Assembly (NCBI RefSeq): GCF_006345805.1
Contig: NW_021827303.1
Span: forward strand, 1-10,477
Origin: Octopus sinensis
Taxonomy: Eukaryota
DNA: 10,477 bases
Reading direction: 5' to 3'
Under the pieces are notes generated by a model. The model was given only the letters and a program-made list of their open reading frames with translations, was not told the origin of the DNA and made no database searches. A program made the translations under genes and the position numbers. Shown one piece after another: positions 1-7,309 of the stretch (position 1 is its first letter; each line of letters begins with the position of its first letter).

Positions 1-1
1 C

Positions 2-401
2 GCACGTCTACATTCGTCTATCAGGGTCGTCTTCGTTTAAGTGATGCAATATCTGTAGGTTGTATCGATGAAACTTTTCCTCAACTAGCATTTTGTGGAT
101 AGTTGGTTTTGGAATACCTAACCCCGTGGATGTCCGACGAAGTGATTTCTTTGGGCTAGCAGAAACTTTAGCAATGACAGCCTCTTTCGTTTCATCTGAA
201 GTCTTTGGTCACCCGGAACGGTGTTTATCCAAAACACTGCCTGTTTCTTTAAATTTCTTGATCAATTTTCCGACGGCAGTGAAAAAAATAGGTTTCCTAT
301 AAGGGTGTCGAAGATTCACTTAATAATACTAACTCAATTCTTTCTTTTTTAGACAGATCTATCATTCGATCTGGGATTCTTTCTTCTTTAGACAGAGCCA
401 T
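2..401 (-). pseudogene. Disrupted transposase N-terminal DNA-binding region (DUF4817/HTH type)
   Basis: Manual translation gives MALSKEERI.., then from 310 RHPYRKPIFFTAVGKLIKKFKETGSVLDKHRSG*PKTSDETKEAVIAKVSASPKKSLRRTSTGLGIPKPTIHKMLVEEKFHRYNLQILHHLNEDDPDRRM*TC. It carries the KFxETGSVxDxxRSGRP, SPxxSxRRxSxxLGI and H(P)YxxQxxHxLxxDDxxRR motifs. Stops lie at 209-211 and 8-10. Confidence 0.85.
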
Positions 402-410
402 CATTCGATC
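337..410. repeat. 35-bp direct duplication (337-371 / 376-410) spanning the transposase start
   Basis: attctttcttttttagacagatctatcattcgatc versus attctttcttctttagacagagccatcattcgatc: 32/35 identical, with a 4-bp spacer. Confidence 0.9.
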
Positions 411-557
411 ATCTGTAGAAAAAATAACAAATAAATTTAGAAAAGTAAAGTATTTTTAAATTTAATTGAAACAAAAGTAAAAAACGAAAGTTATTATTTC
501 TTATATTTGTTTATGTTATGATTTTATTCCATGTACCCACACTTCGTGGACACCCTA

Positions 558-1658
558 AAATTGCTTTGATTAAAACCCTTTCAACATGGAAGTATCCAAG
601 GAGCATTTAAGGCACATATAATTCTTTATGAGTACAATAAAGGTAACTCTGCAGCCGAAGTGACTCGAAACATACACTCAGTTTATGGGAAAGTGCTTGA
701 ATGAAAGAACTTGCAGGAGATCGTTTGCAAAATTGAAGATAAAGATCGAATAGGATGTCCAGTTGAGTTTGATGATAAGCTCCTTGAGGCATTACTTGAA
801 GAAAATCCGTCATTATCAGTTGAAGAATTGGCAATAAAGCTTACTTCAAACCATACAACAGTTCATCGTCATCTTCAACAACGTGGAAAGGTTCCTAAAC
901 TTGGAAAATAGGTGCTTCATGTATTGTCCGAAAACAACCGCAAATCCCAAGTTGACATCTGCTCTTCTCTCCATTCTCGCAAACTCATTTCACCCTTTTT
1001 CGATAGACTTGTGACGAAAATTGGATTTTCTATCGAAATGTTAAACGTCGTAAACAGTGGCTTGGTAAAAGGGAAAATGCTCAACCACAACCGAGAAGGG
1101 AACTTCATGGGGAAAAGGTTCTACTCTATCTGGTGCGAATGCAAAGGCGTAATTCACTTTATATTGTTACCACCTAATGCAACAATCAATGCTCAAGTCT
1201 ACTGTCAGCAATTAGAGCGTTTGAACCAAGCTTTGAAGGAAAAAAGAACCGCTTTAGTGAGTCGAAAACGAGTGATGTTTCATCAGGACAATGCGCAACC
1301 CCACACTGCAAAGATCACATCACAAAAGATCGAAAAGGTCGGTTTGGAAAAATTTCTTCATCCAACTTATTCTCCCGACCTTACTCCTTCAGGATACCAT
1401 TTGTTTCATAGTTTACAGAATTATTAGGGGGACACAACTTTCGCAAGCCAGGAGGAGGTCGAACCTGACATTTCAGAGTTCTTCGCTTTGAAACCAAAAG
1501 AGTTTTACATTGATGGGATTAAAAAGCTTGTAAATGGATGGAAGTAAGTCATAGATAATCAGGGAAAGTACATTTATGATTAACTTTCAATTAAATATAA
1601 CATTTGATCACTTGGATTCTCTATCCAAAATTCGGACAGAACTTATGGGATAACCTGA
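558..1658 (+). mobile_element. mariner (DD34D) element, near full length, 5' TIR absent, 3' TIR present
   Basis: Transposase pseudogene at 586-1583. The 3' TIR-like sequence aaattcggacagaacttatgggataacctga (~1628-1658) resembles the right TIR of the second mariner (aaatcggaacgaactttccggacaacccaa). Confidence 0.9.
586..1583 (+). pseudogene. mariner transposase pseudogene (frameshifts and stops)
   Basis: Joined frames: MEVSKEHLRHI/ILYEYNKGNSAAEVTRNIHSVYG../EDKDRIGCPVEFDD..GKVPKLGK*VLHVLS (WVPHEL motif)../DENWIFYRNVKRRKQW../FHQDNAQPHT..LHPTYSPDLTPSGYHLF..NQGKYIYD*. D1 is at 1013-1015 and D2 at 1287-1289. The third catalytic position (now Gly) is at 1392-1394, with 34 residues between it and D2. 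Track ORFs 711..911 and 912..1427 are pieces of it. Confidence 0.95.
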
Positions 1659-1846
1659 GATATATACACCGGCGAAAAAATATTTAAGACCGACGATAAA
1701 AGTTCTATTTCTTACAAAATATTTTGTTACTAACACCATACAAATTATTTATATCATTTACACCTTATGCAAAATTTATTTCTCTTTCGAATGATGCAAA
1801 CAATTTTTATACAACTTGGAGAATTCTAATGCTAAATTAATATATA

Positions 1847-2011
1847 TTTCTTTACTGCCCACAAGGGGCTAAACATAGAGGGGACAAACAAGGACAGACA
1901 AACGGATTAAGTCAATTACATCGACCCCAGTGCGTCACTGGTACTTAATTTATCGACCCCGAAAAGATGAAAGGCAAAGTGGACCTCGGCGGATTTGAAC
2001 TCAGAACGTAA
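1847..2011 (-). mobile_element. tRNA-derived SINE family A, 5'-truncated copy inserted in the Tc1 left end
   Basis: Closely matches 8029-~8185. Retains a B-box (GAGTTCAAATCC on the minus strand) but has lost the A-box head. Possible TSD taatata at 1838-1844 and 2009-2015. Confidence 0.88.
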
Positions 2012-2157
2012 TATAAACGTTTCAAATTTACCGGCAAAATTAGTTTAAGAGCATGTAATATGTATGCAATTTTTTTGGCCAAAATGGATGGTCCCACAAC
2101 GAGCCTAAATGCACCATATAAAGTTATAATTTAATGTTATTATACAATTTATTAATA

Positions 2158-2330
2158 ATGCGAAAACAACGTAGCCTTAGTCCAGTCACGAGAGCAAAAG
2201 TCGTATATTACAGCAAAAAGTTTCCTTTTCGAACATCAGCAAGCAACTAAAGTGCAGTAAACCGGCTTGCGTGCAAGCGTGGAAGTTATACTTGGAGACT
2301 GGTCAATATAAAGATCGGCAAAGGACTAGT
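2158..2330 (+). pseudogene. Truncated Tc1 transposase N-terminus (paired-like HTH)
   Basis: MRKQRSLSPVTRAKVVYYSKKFPFR/ISKQLKCSKPACVQAWKLYLETGQYKDRQRTS with one frameshift. It matches the Tc1 pattern LSxxxRxKIV..IAKxLxCSK..ETGxxxDRxRSGRP and breaks off just before GRP. A TATAAAG lies at 2117-2123 upstream. Confidence 0.8.
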
Positions 2331-2630
2331 AACAGAATATTTTGTAAGAAATAGAACTTTTATCATCAGTCTTAAATTTATTTTCGCCAGTGTGTATATT
2401 ATATATATATAATACGAGAATTTTAATGGAGATAACCTGTAGTATATAGTACAACATTTTTGTCTCCGTATATGAGCTAAGTATTAATAAAATGTGGTAT
2501 ACGATAAAAATTTCGGATATTTGTCTTAAAGCATTCAGACAAGAAAATTCAGATGTAGCACATGAGGTATTATTCCATACGAATATACACATATTTATGT
2601 TAAGAGTTTCATGACAAAAATATAGAAATA

Positions 2631-3189
2631 TTGGGTTGTCCAGAAAGTTCGTGCCGATTTATAGTAGCTTATCTTTCGACTTATTTTAGAACATGTTTGA
2701 GTCCATAAAATAGGATTTGACTACACCTCCATTTAGATCACAGTTTAAGCTATCTTTTCGTGGAAGAAAGTTTATGTTCCTATAACCTGTGTTTAAGAGC
2801 ATGTACTAAAAGATGAGAAAGTTCATTTTCGGCACTTGATGCTTTGGGAACCAGACAAAAATTGCTGCAGCTCGGCTGAGATGTGTTAGCCCCACCCTCC
2901 CTATTCCCCAGATATTGCTCCTTCGGATTTCCACTTATTCAGGTCTCCGCAGAATAGTCTTAATGGTAAAAATTTCAATTCCTTAGATGACGTAAAAAGA
3001 TACCTTGACGAATTCTTTGCCTTGAAACCACGCCAATTCTGGGAGGAGGGTATTTTCAAGGTAAAGGAAAGATGGAGACGTATTCTGCAACGAAATGGTT
3101 CAGATTTGGTTCATTAAAAATGTAATGGCAAGTATTTAGTGACCTTTACTTTCCTTTAAAAATCGGAACGAACTTTCCGGACAACCCAA
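2631..3189 (+). mobile_element. Internally deleted mariner (mellifera-subfamily-like), 559 bp, both TIRs and TA TSDs
   Basis: TA|ttgggttgtccagaaagttcgtgccgattt ... aaatcggaacgaactttccggacaacccaa|TA, with 30-bp TIRs matching 28/30. Inside, KDEKVHFRHLMLWE is fused at ~2850 to TRQKLLQLG*DVL/PHPPYSPDIAPSDFHLFRSPQNSLNGKNFNSLDDVKRYLDEFFALKPRQFWEEGIFKVKERWRRILQRNGSDLVH*. Confidence 0.95.
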
Positions 3190-3270
3190 TAAGAACATAA
3201 CAATGAAATACGAATATAAACATGAAAAATAAAAACCTAAATTGAAAGAGACGATTAAAATTTTTTTCCT

Positions 3271-3338
3271 AACCTGCAGCCGTTTCAGAAAAGTAGTTGT
3301 ACGAAGTATTCGAAATTCAGCCCTCCTTCCTCAAGGTT
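3271..3338 (-). ncRNA. Degenerate minimal type I hammerhead-ribozyme-like motif (Penelope/retrozyme type)
   Basis: Minus-strand RNA: AACC-UUGAGGA-AGGAGGG..CUUUUCU-GAAA-C-GGCU-G-C-A-GGUU. Stem I is AACC/GGUU, stem II has 7 bp including GU pairs, and stem III is minimal. It has two core deviations (C3U, U16.1C). Confidence 0.55.
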
Positions 3339-3924
3339 CCTTTCTCGAGGTAAAATCCAGCAAAAAGCATTAAGGCACGACATGGTGAGTATTCAGTTGC
3401 TGAAAGTTCAGTTTTTGAGTATCGATGAATAAGTGACAAATTTTCAAGAGGATTATCACGTTTAAATAAGAAATGGAATTCATTGAAAGGTTAACTTTAG
3501 TTAATCATGCAAATAATAGCCAATGGGAATATTTCACTCTCTACTATAAAAAAATAATTTAAGATTACAGGTTTCTGCATAAGTGTTCATTGGATCTAAT
3601 GATCTAATTGGACCGTATTTTCAAAAGGCTTTTATATTCTAAAAAATTATTTTTAAAGTTTAAGAAAATTATAAGACGCTAAATATTTATGCTTACAACA
3701 TACTAAAATGTCTGTAATTTTTTATATAGGGGTGAATAAATGAATTCTTGTGTCCCCTATATCTAATTTTAAAATTAGCAGTACTCCCTATATAAATTTT
3801 CCTAAGTCCGGAGCGTTAAACTTATAAACCTGTTTGCTGTCTGTTTACACACCCGTCTTCGTCTTTTGTTCGTTTCTTTTGTAAATTCCAAATATATATA
3901 TGTATGTATGTGTGTGTATGCATA

Positions 3925-4350
3925 CAGTTGCGGCCAAAATGTTCAGAAGGGCAAAGTAGGTATAAGTTTTTATCAAAGTTGTTTTATATTCTATAATTTT
4001 CACAGACAACAAATACGATATTAATTGTTATTGTCTGCAATTTTGGTGTAATTTGAGAGGATAATACAAAACTTATGGATGATTTAGTGATTTACTGCAA
4101 AACCCATGGCAGCCAAAATGATCAAGCAAGCAGGAATACCAAGTATGTTGTCAACAAGAAAGTATGACATTACAACCAGCCAGGCAAAGTCTTCGCTACA
4201 TTTACGGCACCTGCCAGAGGGAGTGTTTGTCCAGGATAGAACTACACAGCCACAGTAGGAGATGTATTAGGACATGAAATGTAAAAGCCGGACTAGATTA
4301 TTTTATGCGCAACTTCATTGTCTCCCGAGACAAAAAGGATGCCAACAACA
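3925..4350 (+). mobile_element. Orphan left end of a Tc1-like IR/DR element (right boundary uncertain)
   Basis: TA|CAGTTGCGGCCAAAATG is a Tc1-type terminus. A 16-bp direct repeat gc(g/a)gccaaaatg(t/a)tca occurs at 3930-3945 and 4109-4124. No partner TIR was found in the window. Confidence 0.55.
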
Positions 4351-4357
4351 ATATATA

Positions 4358-4580
4358 TGGATTTCGTAGACAGGAACTGAAACAAGTCAATCGTATATAT
4401 ATGTATATATGTAAGTGTATGTGTGTGTCTTTGTGTCTGTGTTTCGCCCTCATCATTGCTTCACAACTGTTGTTCATTTATTTACATCCACAAAACTTAC
4501 TGGTTTCACAAGAACAAACTAATAGAATAAGTACTAGGCTTATCAACATAAAAAAAGCACTAGGCTGTATCTCATATTTT
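4358..4580 (+). mobile_element. SINE family B, diverged headless copy with internal (TA)/(TG) microsatellite
   Basis: Shares aactgaaa(c/g)aag(t/c)c..tcgt and atagaataagtactaggctta with the 5918-6188 copy. Confidence 0.75.
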
Positions 4581-4598
4581 GTTTGCCCACTCAATTGT

Positions 4599-4655
4599 AT
4601 GTGTGTGTGTGTGTGTGTAGCTATATCTATCTATCTATCTATCTATCTTCTATCA

Positions 4656-4688
<33 letters not shown>

Positions 4689-4732
4689 ATCTATCTATCT
4701 ATCTATCTCTATCTAACTATCATCTATCTATC

Positions 4733-4793
<61 letters not shown>
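4599..4793. repeat. Compound microsatellite (TG)n-(ATCT)n-(TA)n
   Basis: Directly visible. Confidence 0.97.
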
Positions 4794-4794
<1 letters not shown>

Positions 4795-5829
4795 CAGCCT
4801 AATGGGAGCCTTAACTCCCACATTTTAGTCATTTCTTTTATGATCCAAAACTAGGTCAAAATACTGAATGGATCTTTATGAAATTTGGAAATTATAGTCT
4901 AAGCATAAGGGTCATAATCCCCATGACAATTCATATATTTTTGCTGTTGATTTAACTATAGATATTAGACAGAAATGAAGTAATATTTATAAAATTTCAT
5001 CTTCTTACAAAGTTAGAAAGACCCCTCCATGGGGACTTAACACCCACAATTTTGTCATTTTATCTAAGCAAAAACGAATACAGTTGTGCTCTTGGAAGCT
5101 GTAGGGTTACCCGAGCATAAAAGTTGGGCATTCTAATTCAATGGTACTACAGTGTAACAGTTTGCTTTGACATACACTTACATTGTGATTTCTGCAATGT
5201 GGTGCGTAAATTGTTAAGTAAATGAGAGACATCTTTGTCTCCACTGATTCAGTTGCAAAGTGTTGAGTAAAGTTATTTGATTGCAGACCTCCTTTCAGTC
5301 TTTTTATTATCACTCGGTCACACATTGTCCCCAGATGGTAACATTGATTACAAGGCCTTCCCAGATGTGTGACTGGTTATTCAAAGACATTTATAGATTT
5401 TAAATTCATTCTGTCCAGTTACGTATCAGTAAAGTGTTCATTTGCAAACTCCAGAGGTGACACTTTAAATTTCTCCTAAGCCCTCACGTCACACAGTTGT
5501 TTATGTTGATTTCAGTTGGGTTACGCCCTTCCAATTGCTATAGATTCGTAATGCATCTTACGGCTGTGCCTATCACCTGGATGGTGAGGAATCCTACATT
5601 GGGAGTGGTAACGACTAGGGTAAGGTAACTGACTGCTTGTTGTGATCATTCGTCTTTTGGTCTCCATGTGGCACGATTACAATTTTTTAGGGTGTATAAA
5701 GAGGAAAATAACCCTCATCTACAATTGTGATGAAATTCGAAACATAGATATTCCAGTTCATTCAGAAAATATAACAGAAATGTCTATTTCAATTGAATGT
5801 AACCGGGCAACGCCGGATATCTCTGCTAG
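4731..5829 (+). mobile_element. Non-autonomous Helitron (~1.1 kb)
   Basis: The 3' end has a hairpin ccgggcaacgccgg (5803-5816), then CTAG (5826-5829) followed by T. The best 5' candidate is A|TCTATATATA at 4731, which is ambiguous within the microsatellite. No TSD. A possible very degraded Pif1-helicase motif V/VI remnant lies at ~5399-5525. Confidence 0.7.
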
Positions 5830-5835
5830 TGTATG

Positions 5836-5882
<47 letters not shown>

Positions 5883-5917
5883 GTATATCTATATATATAT
5901 ATATATATATATATATA
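5830..5917. repeat. (TATG)/(TA)n microsatellite
   Basis: Directly visible. Confidence 0.95.
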
Positions 5918-6188
5918 GCGCAGTTCCGGGTTCAGTCTTACTGCGTGGCACCTTGGCAAATGTCTTCTACTACAGCCTCGAGCTGACCAAAGCCTTGCGA
6001 ATGCAAACTGAAAGAAGCCCGTCGTTGGTGTGTTTACGTCTGTCTAACATAGCGGTTCAGCGAAGGAGACCGATAGAATAAGTACTAGGCTTATATAAAG
6101 AATAATTCCTGGGATCGATTTGTTCGACTCAAGATGCTGACCCAGCATAGCTGCGCGTCCAACGAGCGAAAGAAGTGGAAGTAAAAAA
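5918..6188 (+). mobile_element. SINE family B (tRNA-derived, CORE-like; resembles octopus OR-type SINEs), head truncated, internal microsatellite missing
   Basis: B-box-like gggttcagtc near the 5' end, a CORE-like gtggcaccttggcaaatgtcttc segment, a body shared with the 4358, 6276 and 9231 copies, and an A-rich 3' end. The family name is from recall. Confidence 0.85.
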
Positions 6189-6193
6189 TGCAC

Positions 6194-6268
6194 GTATGTA
6201 TGTATGTATGTATGTATGTATGTATGTATGTATGTATGTATGTATGTATGTATGTATGTATGTATGTA
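6194..6268. repeat. (TATG)n tetranucleotide microsatellite
   Basis: Directly visible, perfect array. Confidence 0.98.
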
Positions 6269-6275
6269 TCTAATA

Positions 6276-6515
6276 TACGTCAGCGTGTGTGTTTGAGTGT
6301 GTGTGTGTGTGTTTGTTTGTGTGTGCCTGACCCAATACAAACAACACAAGAAGTGTTTGCTCTGGTGCGAATTATGTCCAGTAAGCGAGCGGACAGATAT
6401 CGATGAAATGAACACGAGACTGTAAAATATAAGTTAGCGGGGTTGGTATGTCGATGTATACGGTTGGGTCCTAGTCTGCGCTGTTCTAGTGTGCTGGAAC
6501 AGAATGAAGGAAACG
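6276..6515 (+). mobile_element. Old, highly diverged 3' half of SINE family B
   Basis: (TG)n, then ctggtgcgaattatgtccagtaagcgagcgg..atcgatgaaatgaacacgagact..ataagttagcggggttggtatgtcga. This aligns by eye, colinearly, with tggtgtgtttacgtctgtctaacatagcgg..accgatagaataagtactaggct..ataattcctgggatcgatttgttcga (6026-6127). Confidence 0.55.
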
Positions 6516-6519
6516 AGTA

Positions 6520-6546
6520 TTACATACATACATATATACATACACG

Positions 6547-6577
<31 letters not shown>

Positions 6578-6613
6578 TCCCTCTCTCTCTCTCTCACACA
6601 CACACACACGCAC

Positions 6614-6645
<32 letters not shown>

Positions 6646-6750
6646 CATATATACACAAAGACCTACACATATATATGCATACATATACATGCATATATAT
6701 ACACGCACACGCACTCACACACACACACGCACTCACACACACACACACAT

Positions 6751-6784
<34 letters not shown>

Positions 6785-7050
6785 GCATATATACACAAAG
6801 ACCTACACATATATATGCATACATATACATGCATATATATACACGCACACACACTCACACACACACACGCACTCTCTCACACACACACACACACACTATA
6901 TATATATATACATATATACACAAAGACATACACATATATATGCATACATATACATGCATATATATATACACGCACACACACTCACACAAACACACACGCA
7001 CTCTCACACACATGTCTATGTACGCTTGTTGTGTGTGTGTGTGTGTTTGT
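6520..7050. repeat. Compound microsatellite field containing a 3-copy higher-order tandem repeat (periods 140 and 125 bp)
   Basis: The anchor atacacaaagac(c/a)tacacatatatatgcatacatatacatgcatatatata recurs at 6651, 6791 and 6916. A (CT)n tract lies at ~6547-6595. Confidence 0.93.
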
Positions 7051-7155
7051 TCGCGCGCTAATTTACCCACGTGTTTTCTTCAATGAAACTCCGCACAGCT
7101 GCTTGTTCAACTTGGTATTTTTTTCCCCATTCCAAGCGCAACAACAATGGCATTT

Positions 7156-7222
<67 letters not shown>

Positions 7223-7243
7223 GCTACTGCTGCTGCTGCTGCT
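7156..7243. repeat. (ACT)n grading into (GCT)n trinucleotide repeat
   Basis: Directly visible. Confidence 0.97.
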
Positions 7244-7309
7244 ATTGCTTATCGTAATCACCACTGCTTGCCGATGACTATAACAGCAAGAACACATAAC
7301 TTAGTGAAT

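Larger units (their letters stand above)
1..557 (-). mobile_element. 5' half of a Tc1/mariner-superfamily DNA transposon, DUF4817-type N-terminus (rosa/DD41D-like); runs off the window start
   Basis: The minus strand at ~557-530 reads TAGGGTGTCCACGAAGTGTGGGTACATGG, resembling the (TAC)AGGGTG termini of this group. It is followed by an AT-rich UTR and a recognisable transposase N-terminus. The catalytic domain is outside the window, so the subfamily call rests on N-terminal motifs only. Confidence 0.75.
1667..2392 (+). mobile_element. Internally deleted Tc1-like element with IR/DR-type left end and a nested SINE
   Basis: 66-bp inverted repeats at 1667-1732 and 2327-2392 (60/66 identical) begin CAC, with TA on the left and TG(TA) on the right. 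An inner direct repeat accggcaaaattagtttaaga (2030-2050) copies the outer accggcgaaaaaatatttaaga (1668-1689). A Tc1 transposase N-terminus lies at 2158-2330. Confidence 0.9.

Noticed and set aside
93-302. 69-aa plus-strand ORF
   Set aside because: Antisense shadow of the minus-strand transposase remnant.
607-1108. Minus-strand ORFs 607..834 and 917..1108
   Set aside because: Antisense to the mariner transposase pseudogene.
586-1583. Domesticated SETMAR-like gene or active transposase
   Set aside because: Multiple stops and frameshifts, loss of the third catalytic Asp, a retained TIR and no SET domain.
3340-3720. GIY-YIG endonuclease remnant upstream of the hammerhead-like motif
   Set aside because: Manual inspection of the minus strand showed no recognisable PLE endonuclease motifs.
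4305-4828. 165-aa and 81-aa ORFs
   Set aside because: They read through a SINE and (TG)/(ATCT)/(TA) repeats.
5550-5600. Another hammerhead candidate (cttacggctgt plus a tcacc/ggtga hairpin)
   Set aside because: No GAAA or CUGANGA core in the required positions.
6600-7012. CRISPR-like repeat-spacer array
   Set aside because: The intervening segments are microsatellite variants of each other rather than unique spacers. The context is eukaryotic and there are no cas genes.
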